DNA from: a virus
Strand: one strand, 5' to 3'
Virus record (IMG/VR): IMGVR_UViG_3300001765_000143
DNA length: 55,575 nucleotides
The position numbers were made by a program, and so were the translations under genes. Each line of letters starts with the position of its first letter. The first letter of the stretch is position 1. A model generated the notes under the pieces. The model was not told the origin of the DNA and made no database searches. It worked only from the letters and a program-made list of their open reading frames with translations. This document shows, piece after piece, positions 16,915 through 25,037 of the stretch.

Positions 16915-16943
16915 ATTATATCATTAATGGTTTTATTTTTGAA
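16915..16943 (-). promoter_or_regulatory. Possible promoter TTCAAA-17-TATAAT (minus strand)
   Basis: Reverse complement: tataat = 16920-16915, ttcaaa = 16943-16938. Confidence 0.3.
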
Positions 16944-16946
16944 GAA

Positions 16947-17210
16947 TTATTTTGAGAAAAAATAAAATTTATCAGTAATCAAAGCGGAGTTAGGTGGTTT
17001 TGGTATGTGAATAAAATTAAAATTATTTATCTTAACTTTTATATGCTTTTCAAGCACTCCTCTTTGGTTGTTAGTTAAGCTTTGCCAATAATCTATGCAA
17101 TTACTCACTGTCAAGTCACCTAGATTTTGAATCATACTATAATTTAAAGAAGGAATATTATTAGGTACGTTTAAACTAATCTGTGGGATAGAAGGTTCGG
17201 GACTTTCCAT
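16947..17210 (-). CDS. Hypothetical protein
   Basis: 87-aa ORF only. Confidence 0.35.
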   Translation of the reverse strand: MESPEPSIPQISLNVPNNIPSLNYSMIQNLGDLTVSNCIDYWQSLTNNQRGVLEKHIKVKINNFNFIHIPKPPNSALITDKFYFFSK

Positions 17211-17238
17211 CTAATTGTGTAAATTCATTCATAGGCAT

Positions 17239-17385
17239 TTAAATTCTCCCTTCAAATTTGATGGAAAAATGCGCCATAGCTACACCCCAATCTCTGACGG
17301 GCATAGTCCATTTTCGTGTAATGTAGTTAATTGTCAAGTATAACATTTTGTATTCTTGAAATTCTACAAGTTGATCTTTTGAGGC
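17239..17385 (-). pseudogene. Remnant of the C-terminal end of an IS256-family transposase
   Basis: Minus-strand translation ...LVEFQEYKMLYLTINYITRKWTMPVRDWGVAMAHFSIKFEGRI* resembles the conserved IS256 tail (KKWTMPIRDW...F.I.F..R); an in-frame stop lies upstream. Confidence 0.55.
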
Positions 17386-17442
17386 TTTTGTTTTGATTTT
17401 TTCTTTGTATTCTTTTTGTCTTTTGGTTTATTTTTTCATATA

Positions 17443-18432
17443 TCAACCTTTTTTAAAAATATTTTGTCTATGATATTCTAAATAATCGGAACGCTTTTTG
17501 TGTTCTTGTAATTTGTATTGTTTATCAGGAATAAGACTCAGCCTTTTTGTATTTAATGGTGATAAATAAGGTGAAACCGATATTTGACCATTATTTGAAA
17601 ATGCTATAAAACCTTGATCAAAAAGTCTATCGTAAGTCGGCGTCAAAAGAAGCCCATTGCGGTGATCAACACGCTCATCGTCGTTTTCACAAACTGCCCA
17701 TGGTTTAATATGGCTTGCAATTAACATTCTTTCATCATTTACTCTTGTAATCAAGCATTCACTCATTTCATCAATAAGATTTGCACGATACTTTCCTTGC
17801 CCTTTGCGAGCATAAATAATGTCTTTCTTTTCGTCTTCTTGGATGCTTGTATCTAGCTCAATTTCTTTTTCCTTTTCCGCTATAATTGCGCTATGGTGTC
17901 TTGAATCAAAAAAGTAATTCAAGTAGGGTTTAAAGTAAAAAACTTCTTTGTTTTCGATATTTTTGAGTTTTAGAATTGAAATATAAGTAATTTCTGGCAG
18001 TGCAATTTGACGGAATTCGTTGTAAAAAATGTCTCTGGGAGTAGACGTAATATAAAATCTTGCGGCTCCGCCAGCTTTTGACTCATTAAACTTAAAAAAT
18101 AAGAAATCATCTTTTTTGGCTTCAATTGTTTTTTTATTTTCAAGCCAAAAATCTGCAATACTATTACGATATGCTTGTTCTTGATTTTCATATTCAAATT
18201 TTGCATCTTGCAAATATTCAAGTAAGTCTCTTTTGAGCAAAAACCCACTCATTGTAGACTTGCTAAAAAACGATTGGCTTTCCATGTTTTTTCTTGAGCC
18301 AACATACAGTTTTGCTTCTCCATTTCCACTACCGAGTTTATTTCTTTTAACAAAACAATCAGGTATAGCAATACTGTCTATTGTATCAATGTTGATGTAT
18401 TTTTGCCCTAAGAGGGTGATTTCATTTAGCAT
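17443..18432 (-). CDS. HNH-family restriction endonuclease (type II R-M partner)
   Basis: C-terminal motif ARKGQGKYRANLIDEMSECLITRVNDERMLIASHIKPW...HRNGLLLTPTYDRLFDQGFIAF; overlaps the methyltransferase 3' end. Confidence 0.7.
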   Translation of the reverse strand: MLNEITLLGQKYINIDTIDSIAIPDCFVKRNKLGSGNGEAKLYVGSRKNMESQSFFSKSTMSGFLLKRDLLEYLQDAKFEYENQEQAYRNSIADFWLENKKTIEAKKDDFLFFKFNESKAGGAARFYITSTPRDIFYNEFRQIALPEITYISILKLKNIENKEVFYFKPYLNYFFDSRHHSAIIAEKEKEIELDTSIQEDEKKDIIYARKGQGKYRANLIDEMSECLITRVNDERMLIASHIKPWAVCENDDERVDHRNGLLLTPTYDRLFDQGFIAFSNNGQISVSPYLSPLNTKRLSLIPDKQYKLQEHKKRSDYLEYHRQNIFKKG

Positions 18433-19477
18433 AAATAGATTTCAATATATTCACTAATACATCAACAACAATAGTATTGCCAGCTTGTTTGTATGCTTGT
18501 GTATCGCTTACAACTATTTTAAAATTATCACTAAAACCCATTAATCGCAAACATTCTCTAGGTGTCAGCTTTCGCAATCTATCTCCCCTTGTAATATAAT
18601 TATCAACTCCTGCCCTGTGCATTTTTGCCATTGTTGAAAGAAGCGGTCTTGCCACTTCTAAGTCTGTTTCAGGTTTTGAATAAAAATCTCCAGTTCCACT
18701 TGATAAAACATATTTTTTCACTTTTTCGGATAAAAAGTATTTATCCATTACAAAATCACCATGCCAATTAAATTGCTGATTCCTCTTTTGACACAATGCA
18801 ATCTTGCCGTCAATTTGAGTATATTTCTTGTTTAGATTTTTTTCGTTACTTACAAATTTTATACCCTTTTCAGGTAGAAAATACTTTACATCGGGATTGT
18901 CAATAAGTAAATCTTGCATCGTGATTTCAAGTGGTATTGGCTTCGGAAAATCAAAATTTTGCTTCTTTAAAAATCCAACAACAAAAAGCCTTTCACGATT
19001 TTGTGGTATGCCATAGTCTCGTGCATTTAAAACTTGTTTGTAATATTTATAACCAAGTTTTTTTATACGATTCTCAATAATTTCCCAAGTTTTTCCGCTA
19101 TTGTGCGAGAGCAAACCTTTTACATTTTCAAATATAAAAATCTTTGGCTTGATTTCATCAACCAACCGTGCAAATTCAAAAAATAAATTTCCTCTGTCAT
19201 CATCAAGACCTTTTCTTTTTCCAACCATTGAAAATGACTGACAAGGACTTCCTCCAACGAATAAATCTACATTTCCATTGTATTCTTTGCCGTCAATTGT
19301 TTTTATGTCGTTATACCATTGATTTTCATTTATTTTAAAATTTGCAAAATACGTCTGCTTGCAGTATTTATCAATATCGCAAGCAAAGACAATATTATGT
19401 TCAATGTCTAAACGTTGTAGTGCATGTTCTATACTTCCTATTCCACTAAAAACTGTTGCAATATTGATTTTATTCAT
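18422..19477 (-). CDS. DNA (cytosine-5) methyltransferase
   Basis: Motif I ATVFSGIGS, motif IV GGSPCQSFS, ENVKGL, QNRERLF, C-terminal GNTIVV. Confidence 0.9.
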   Translation of the reverse strand: MNKINIATVFSGIGSIEHALQRLDIEHNIVFACDIDKYCKQTYFANFKINENQWYNDIKTIDGKEYNGNVDLFVGGSPCQSFSMVGKRKGLDDDRGNLFFEFARLVDEIKPKIFIFENVKGLLSHNSGKTWEIIENRIKKLGYKYYKQVLNARDYGIPQNRERLFVVGFLKKQNFDFPKPIPLEITMQDLLIDNPDVKYFLPEKGIKFVSNEKNLNKKYTQIDGKIALCQKRNQQFNWHGDFVMDKYFLSEKVKKYVLSSGTGDFYSKPETDLEVARPLLSTMAKMHRAGVDNYITRGDRLRKLTPRECLRLMGFSDNFKIVVSDTQAYKQAGNTIVVDVLVNILKSIYAK

Positions 19478-19842
19478 ACCGCAACCGCTAAACTTTCCTT
19501 ATAAGTCAATCTTTTACCAAAAGCATTTGCAACAATTTCAACTGCTCTACTTACGTCATTCAATTCCCTTCTGTTATATCTAAAGTCAAATTCACACAAA
19601 TAACGTTTTAAATGCTGAGATTTGCACTGCTGATAAATACCTCTCATTCCACGGTTGAATAAACCAAAGTAACCCTCAATTGTGTTAGTATAAATATAGC
19701 CATCTTTTACGTATTTCTTAGCAGAGTGCATTACAAATTCGTGAGTTTTAACTCTTTTGGCATTCCTTGATAACAAGTTGCTTCGTTCTGTTATCAAGTT
19801 TGTTTCTCTAATAATTAACTCAAAATTGTACTTCCTGTTCAT
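19474..19842 (-). pseudogene. C-terminal fragment of an IS1595 (ISXO2-like) transposase, translationally overlapping the methyltransferase start
   Basis: YTNTIEGYFGLFNRGMRGIYQQCKSQHLKRYLCEFDFRYNRR...GKRLTYKE. Only ~122 aa, and the N-terminal zinc-ribbon/DDE part is absent. ATGA overlap at 19474-19477. Confidence 0.7.
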
Positions 19843-20039
19843 GCTGCCTCTATTTTATGCAATACTAATTGCACTAATTTAATGTTTTTATCACGTTCTT
19901 TGCAATATTTTTTATGGCTTACATATTCATATATGGCACAAACGCATAATATTGTAAACATTGTACCTATAATTATTAATCCAGTTATCATTTTTTTACA
20001 CCTACATTCACTTAATTTGGTAACAATAATAAAATTCAA
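19839..20039 (-). CDS. Small membrane protein
   Basis: One TM segment (MITGLIIIGTMFTILCVCAIY); the real start is possibly the internal ATG. Confidence 0.35.
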   Translation of the reverse strand: MNFIIVTKLSECRCKKMITGLIIIGTMFTILCVCAIYEYVSHKKYCKERDKNIKLVQLVLHKIEAA

Positions 20040-20316
20040 GGAGCTTGATTATTACTCCCGTCATTATTCCGTATAATAAAATTGAAAAACTCGTGCTATA
20101 AAAACCTAAAGATTGCTTAAGATCAATAATTCTACCCATTATTTCAAAAAATAATCCCAACATAGTAAAACTAATACAAGAGCTAATTACCGTTATTGCC
20201 AACCAGTTATACAAGTTAAATTTTTTAGAAAGTTCTACTCTTAAGCCACTCTCTGGAAAATTAGACTCTATATATATAATTAGTTCTGTTTTTGTGGTAA
20301 TACAATTCTTATTCAT
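20008..20316 (-). CDS. Small membrane protein
   Basis: 102 aa with 2-3 hydrophobic segments; ATGA overlap with recT. Confidence 0.45.
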   Translation of the reverse strand: MNKNCITTKTELIIYIESNFPESGLRVELSKKFNLYNWLAITVISSCISFTMLGLFFEIMGRIIDLKQSLGFYSTSFSILLYGIMTGVIIKLLEFYYCYQIK

Positions 20317-21146
20317 GCCACCTCTATTTTATCCGAGTATGAATATTGCGAGTTGATATGGTTAATACAAGACTCTATCTTACTATTATCTAGTTCATTA
20401 ATCGAAGAAACACCGGCTTTAGAACACCATTTGCTAATAATATCATCTGAAATGTTATGAGTAACCACTAATTCTGTAAGTTCTTGTAGTTTTTCAGGAT
20501 TTGCCTTTTCAACTGGTATAACCACCTCTTTAACCTCCTGAACTTGATCGTTGATTAATTCATCTAATTTAGCACTCAAAGTTTGAGCTTTCGGGGTTAC
20601 GTCACGAACAGAGGCTTGGACATCTTCTATTTCTTCAACCATGTGCATACCGTTTAAAACTTCAGGTGCATGTGTTCTAATAAGTAGGGTGGCCGCTCTG
20701 TATCTAAGCATTAATTCTGGCAAAGTTCTATATTTAGGGTTCTTAGTCCAATTTTCTGCCGTAGCCTCTTTCATACCGATAGTGTAGGATATTTCCTCAC
20801 CAGTTTTCTTTAAATTAGTATAAGCCGTGACTTTTAAAGAATTGTCAGAGCCTTCTATCCTATATCTAATACCACCCTCAAACAAACCACTGCTATTTGC
20901 CAGCGATATTGCAAAACTACTATTCATTCCTAGCTTACCGCTAACAACAAACGTGTTTTGCATTATCATCATAGGATCTAAATTCATTCTATAAGCTGTT
21001 TGTACAGCGATAAAAGCATTTTCAGGTCTTCCTCTATAGTGGGAAGGAACAATATCTGATTTAGCCATAATACAGGCAAATTTATAGGCTTTGTCCATGC
21101 AGTCAAACATATCCATTGACGTTGCACTTGAAACTATATTACTCAT
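20313..21146 (-). CDS. recT: RecT/Redbeta-superfamily single-strand annealing protein
   Basis: IMAKSDIVPSHYRGRPENAFIAVQTAYRMNLDPMMIMQNTFVVSGKLGMNSSF...WTKNPKYRTLPELMLRYRAATLLIRTHAPEVLNGM; SD aggagg upstream. Confidence 0.75.
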   Translation of the reverse strand: MSNIVSSATSMDMFDCMDKAYKFACIMAKSDIVPSHYRGRPENAFIAVQTAYRMNLDPMMIMQNTFVVSGKLGMNSSFAISLANSSGLFEGGIRYRIEGSDNSLKVTAYTNLKKTGEEISYTIGMKEATAENWTKNPKYRTLPELMLRYRAATLLIRTHAPEVLNGMHMVEEIEDVQASVRDVTPKAQTLSAKLDELINDQVQEVKEVVIPVEKANPEKLQELTELVVTHNISDDIISKWCSKAGVSSINELDNSKIESCINHINSQYSYSDKIEVA

Positions 21147-21169
21147 TTTATCCTCCTTTAATTATCTAA

Positions 21170-21350
21170 AATTATCCAGTCGTTTGCTAATACTTCTTCA
21201 TCAGAAAATGACTCACCCCACCATGCTTCACCGTTATGTACCTCAACATCATATAATTCTACTAGACGCTTTATCAAGATGATACTCAGAAATAGATGAT
21301 TGCCTTCTTATCTTTTTACCATTCTTAAGAGCTGTTAAAGCCTGCTCAAA
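21170..21350 (-). repeat. Arm A of a near-identical inverted repeat (partner 36626-36814)
   Basis: The reverse complement aligns with 36626-36814 with 2 substitutions seen and one 8-nt gap (ccttgaga absent here). Confidence 0.9.
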
Positions 21351-21554
21351 AGTGTGTAGTTTAGGTTCTTCTCGGTATATTTCCCAATCGTCAGCTAACA
21401 TATCAGAAAAAGTTATGACACATTGTACTCTTGACTCATCTAATACTGTGTCATCGCCATAGGGATATTTTTTATAATACTTTCCTTCACGCCAACGACT
21501 TAACCTAATTTTTTTGCCCTCAAGCAATAATTTGACAGCTTCTATAAAATTCAT
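21249..21554 (-). CDS. DUF2829-like (Tad2-like) protein, truncated paralogue of 36431-36841
   Basis: MNFIEAVKLLLEGKKIRLSRW...DDWEIY...FEQALTALKNGKKIRRQSSISEYHLDKASSRII*. The 8-nt deletion shifts the frame, and homology continues out of frame to 21170. Confidence 0.6.
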   Translation of the reverse strand: MNFIEAVKLLLEGKKIRLSRWREGKYYKKYPYGDDTVLDESRVQCVITFSDMLADDWEIYREEPKLHTFEQALTALKNGKKIRRQSSISEYHLDKASSRII

Positions 21555-21739
21555 AGCGTTAATTCTCCATAATTAATTACATAATCTATCGCTCTACACA
21601 CTTCTGTTCTATAATCGCTATCACTATTTTGAACAAGTTTAGAGTTTATAGAACTACACCTAAATAACATCCCTTGCTCGTCATATTGATTAACTTTATA
21701 ATAACCAGCTTCTTTTTCTACTTTATAACTTTTGATCAT
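21551..21739 (-). CDS. Hypothetical protein
   Basis: 62-aa ORF, ATGA-type overlap with the downstream gene. Confidence 0.4.
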   Translation of the reverse strand: MIKSYKVEKEAGYYKVNQYDEQGMLFRCSSINSKLVQNSDSDYRTEVCRAIDYVINYGELTL

Positions 21740-21753
21740 TTTAGTTATCTCAC

Positions 21754-21999
21754 TTAATTATTTTGTTCAAAAAAGTAAGTTATTGGAACTTTCAAGTACT
21801 GGGCGAAATCAAATAACCTACCGCTAGAAATTCTATTTGTATTTTTTTCATATTTTTGTATTTGCTGAGTACTAACGCCTGCAAAGTTTGCTAAAGATGC
21901 TTGGCTAATACCAAGCTCTAACCTTTTGGCTCTTAGGTTTTTGCTTACCAAAATATCTATTTTAGTTGCTCTACTTTTTCTTATTTTAGTTAACGTCAT
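21754..21999 (-). CDS. XRE-family helix-turn-helix regulator
   Basis: LRAKRLELGISQASLANFAGVSTQQIQKYEKNTNRISSGRLFDFAQYL. Confidence 0.8.
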   Translation of the reverse strand: MTLTKIRKSRATKIDILVSKNLRAKRLELGISQASLANFAGVSTQQIQKYEKNTNRISSGRLFDFAQYLKVPITYFFEQNN

Positions 22000-22013
22000 A
22001 ATTGCCTTCTGCC

Positions 22014-22292
22014 TTATTTAATTAAAAACATTCTTGATCCTTCTTTCTCCTGCACATATTGCTGGTAGATATCCTTATGCTCCTGTTTTAGCCTTTTAGT
22101 ATCAAAGGACGATCTAGGAGCTGTATTCTTCCAAGTAGCAACTACGCATCCGTTATTATCAAGTAGTATATCGTAGTCCTGCATAAACTCTTGAATATCA
22201 ACCTTTAGTGCATCAATTGCCTTTTGGATACTACTCTCTTGCTCTCTTAACGTTTTTAGCTCGTATATTTTGAGTAATAGTTTCGCTAGCAG
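22014..22292 (-). pseudogene. C-terminal segment of the YqaJ-type exonuclease, lying in the +1 frame
   Basis: Hand translation LLAKLLLKIYELKTLREQESSIQKAIDALKVDIQEFMQDYDILLDNNGCVVATWKNTAPRSSFDTKRLKQEHKDIYQQYVQEKEGSRMFLIK*; no start codon of its own. Confidence 0.55.
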
Positions 22293-22938
22293 TTAGTTCC
22301 TTATGATTACCAACAGGAAACAAATTAAACGTATCGGCTAAACTAGTACATTTTGGCGGTATTCGCTTCTCAACGTGGTTATACCAGAAGTTACAGGCTA
22401 TCTTAATTAGCTTATCCTCAAACTCCTTGTTTCTCTCATACGTATAAATTCTAAAATCCTGTCCACCAATCAGAACAGCAATATCTACTTTTGGCACATC
22501 ACAAATACTTGCATACCAAGCCGACTGGATTAAATAACTTTCTGGGAGTTGGTCTGTCCCCTCTTCGCCCCAGTCTTTGGATTTCATAAAATGAGCTGTT
22601 TTACATTCTAAGATATATTCACGATTACCTACCCACCGATCTATATTGCCAGCCATAAATGGATATTTAGGATGACGAATTAAGTTAGGCTCTGTTGTTA
22701 CTTCTACATTATGTTCTTCTGCATATCTTTCTGCTATATTTTCTTCTAGTTTTGCTCCCCAATAAGCAGCTTCATAATTATGATCATCTTTAGTTAACTC
22801 GGTAATCTCTGGATTTACTTTAGAAAAATACACATCAAGGGCGGTTTTCTTAAAACTAGGTACACCACAAATAGCTGCCATATCAGAACCACCCAAGTAA
22901 GTTTTTCTCTCTCTTAACCATTCTGCTCTATTTTCCAT
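22231..22938 (-). CDS. YqaJ-like (lambda Exo-type, PD-(D/E)XK) recombination exonuclease, main frame
   Basis: WLRERKTYLGGSDMAAICGV...AGNIDRWV...ILECKT; pairs with recT. Confidence 0.8.
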   Translation of the reverse strand: MENRAEWLRERKTYLGGSDMAAICGVPSFKKTALDVYFSKVNPEITELTKDDHNYEAAYWGAKLEENIAERYAEEHNVEVTTEPNLIRHPKYPFMAGNIDRWVGNREYILECKTAHFMKSKDWGEEGTDQLPESYLIQSAWYASICDVPKVDIAVLIGGQDFRIYTYERNKEFEDKLIKIACNFWYNHVEKRIPPKCTSLADTFNLFPVGNHKELTASETITQNIRAKNVKRARE

Positions 22939-23119
22939 TTTTTATTACCATTTGTTGTTCAGCTATGCTTGAATCTTTAATGTTGTATTTTTTTATAAAT
23001 ATCGAAATATATCCAGCCGATACGCCAAAGACTTTTGCTATTTGTTTTTGACTCATACCAGACTCATACATACTAGCCACCTTTTCTTTGTCTTTTATAT
23101 TTAATATCGTTCTTTTCAT
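22928..23119 (-). CDS. Small HTH DNA-binding protein
   Basis: ASMYESGMSQKQIAKVFGVSAGYISIFIKKY. Confidence 0.55.
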   Translation of the reverse strand: MKRTILNIKDKEKVASMYESGMSQKQIAKVFGVSAGYISIFIKKYNIKDSSIAEQQMVIKNGK

Positions 23120-23137
23120 AAATCTTTTTTATCCCTG

Positions 23138-23587
23138 CTATTCAGACCTTGTCTTCATATTTAACAAAATTTCATGACCTTTTATTTGATTATCTAAATA
23201 GCGACTAAACTCATTAGTAAACCATTTAACAAACTGTATATGTACCTCATGCCAAGAAGTATGAAATTCATCTATACAATACTTCTCTTTGTTTAAGTTC
23301 TTTTTTAATTCTAGCAAAGCTTGATTAGTCGCTCTTTCGTCAGCAAAATTAAATTTGCCCCTAAGATAAGCTATTGTTTCCATATCTTGCCAAGAAACCC
23401 CAGCTCTTAAAACAATGATATCTTTAATTTCTAGACCTCTTACACCCTTCTGCAATTTCAACAAAAAGAAAAAGTTTACCGATTTTAATTCTTCTTCCGA
23501 AACTAAAATATTTATCTTCTCTTCCATATTAGGAAGGTAGGACTCCCTTATTTGGCTAGTTACTATAAAATTATATTTCTTGCTCAT
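23138..23587 (-). CDS. Hypothetical protein
   Basis: 149-aa ORF in the early operon. Confidence 0.5.
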   Translation of the reverse strand: MSKKYNFIVTSQIRESYLPNMEEKINILVSEEELKSVNFFFLLKLQKGVRGLEIKDIIVLRAGVSWQDMETIAYLRGKFNFADERATNQALLELKKNLNKEKYCIDEFHTSWHEVHIQFVKWFTNEFSRYLDNQIKGHEILLNMKTRSE

Positions 23588-23593
23588 AACTCC

Positions 23594-23896
23594 TCATTTC
23601 TTTTCCGATAAAACAATAGGACAAACTAGTTTGAAACCATCTTCATAACCAGCTCTCATTTCAATTTTAGCACTGAAAGTGATAACTTCTCCAACAATGA
23701 GATTGCCTATTAAATCATATTCCTTGCCTTTACGCTTGCTGAGCCAGAAACGCTCCTTTATCAGCACTCCCTTATCATTTCTTACGTTGTTAAAATATAT
23801 TCTTTTAAATCTCCTTTCGAAATCATACCTATCAAACTGAGCAGTAAAGATTTCTCTTGGTCTTTTTCTTTCTTCTGTTATATTTAGCTCTGTCAT
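23594..23896 (-). CDS. Hypothetical protein sharing a domain with the C-terminus of 30245-31147
   Basis: FTAQFDRYDFERRF...NNVRNDKGVLIKERFW...VGEVITFSAKIEMRAGYEDGFKL versus FFAKFDVIEVQTYERF...SDVRNINQTIYIDHAW...EGDYLCFKARVKKTERGYCL. Confidence 0.5.
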   Translation of the reverse strand: MTELNITEERKRPREIFTAQFDRYDFERRFKRIYFNNVRNDKGVLIKERFWLSKRKGKEYDLIGNLIVGEVITFSAKIEMRAGYEDGFKLVCPIVLSEKK

Positions 23897-23972
23897 ATTT
23901 ACGCCTTAAATAATAAATTTATGATACGAAAAACAATTAATCCCATAGTTGTTTTTCACTTGGTCTGTGCCG

Positions 23973-24941
23973 TTATAGTCTCGAATCGAAATAATCTCGG
24001 TACAGATCATAAGTTTCATTTCTAGCAGAGTGTTTGCAATACTCAATCTCCTGTTGCAGAGCTACTGGATCATACTCACTCAAATCCCAATCTATATTAT
24101 ACTCGCCAGCTTCTGCCAGTAGTTCCTCGTAGGTTTCTACGTCATTCATTAGCTTAAGCCAGTTGGTATAATTTGCGTCATAAGGAATATTGTACTTCTC
24201 AGCAAGTTTAAGCAACTCCTCGCTTCCTTCTGACCCTAGCATAGTATCGTAAACCCTTTGAGACATAATAAGCATCGCCTCTCTCGCACTATCCATATTC
24301 CTTTGCATTTGGATTGCTTGAGTAGGGTTTATTAGTAACTTAACTATCGCCCTATGATTTTCACGATAGGCAGAAGCGAGTGCTGTATCGCCGTCTTTAT
24401 CTTGAGCCGTTATGTCCGCATTATAAGCTAATAGCAGTCTGACAATTTCAGTATGTCCGTTATTAGCTGCAAGCAATAAAGGCGTATGATCCCAGTCGTT
24501 CCTAGCGTTTACATTAGCACCATGCTCTAATAGGAACTTAGTAGCTTCAAGACGACCAGAACCAGCAGCGAACATCAAAGGTGTATCTTCATGCTCATAT
24601 CTAATGTCAACATCAATACCTAAATCTAGTAACCTTTGAATTTCAGCAAAGTTTTTTCTTTCTACAGCGTTCAAGAAGTTATCCGCTGGGGATTGATAAG
24701 TGTTATTTATTTTATACCAGCTATTGATAAGTCCTTGTGCTTTAACCGCACTTTGGAACTCCCAACTTAAAGCAGTTTCGTTCATGTTTTTTAATTCGTA
24801 GTTACATGAACCTATTGTATCACAAATAGCCTCTAATGCCAAAGGATATAAAGCTTTTGAGTTGTTATTTTCTTCGCCGAAATCAGCTAAGTTAGTTATG
24901 TAATTATTTGCTATTATTGGTATTTGTTTTTGAATACTCAT
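23973..24941 (-). CDS. Ankyrin-repeat protein
   Basis: At least 3 consecutive ANK repeats: DTPLMFAAGSGRLEATKFLLEHGANVNARNDWDHTPLLLAANNGHTEIVRLLLAYNADITAQDKDGDTALASAYRENHRAIVKLL. Confidence 0.9.
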   Translation of the reverse strand: MSIQKQIPIIANNYITNLADFGEENNNSKALYPLALEAICDTIGSCNYELKNMNETALSWEFQSAVKAQGLINSWYKINNTYQSPADNFLNAVERKNFAEIQRLLDLGIDVDIRYEHEDTPLMFAAGSGRLEATKFLLEHGANVNARNDWDHTPLLLAANNGHTEIVRLLLAYNADITAQDKDGDTALASAYRENHRAIVKLLINPTQAIQMQRNMDSAREAMLIMSQRVYDTMLGSEGSEELLKLAEKYNIPYDANYTNWLKLMNDVETYEELLAEAGEYNIDWDLSEYDPVALQQEIEYCKHSARNETYDLYRDYFDSRL

Positions 24942-24973
24942 AGTATTACCTCATAAAATTAAGTTATGAGGTG

Positions 24974-25002
24974 AGTTTACTATGGGTGAAATAAAGTGTC
25001 AA
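24974..25002 (-). promoter_or_regulatory. Sigma70-like promoter TTGACA-17-TAAACT (minus strand) upstream of the ankyrin gene
   Basis: Reverse complement: ttgaca = 25002-24997, taaact = 24979-24974. The 13-mer aaagtattgacac is shared with 26412-26424. Confidence 0.4.
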
Positions 25003-25037
25003 TACTTTTCTAATAAAAATATCAACATAACTCGTAA

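Noticed and set aside
19474-19842. Could the transposase-like ORF supply the missing integrase or mobility function?
   Set aside because: Only the C-terminal ~120 aa of an IS1595-type transposase are present. The zinc-ribbon and most of the DDE catalytic region are missing, so it is a dead fragment.
15440-21282. Plus-strand or internal ORFs in the minus-strand block: 15440-15622, 17970-18248, 18233-18457, 18828-19016, 19359-19583, 19882-20076, 21091-21282
   Set aside because: They overlap the HNH endonuclease, methyltransferase, RecT and other convincing minus-strand genes.
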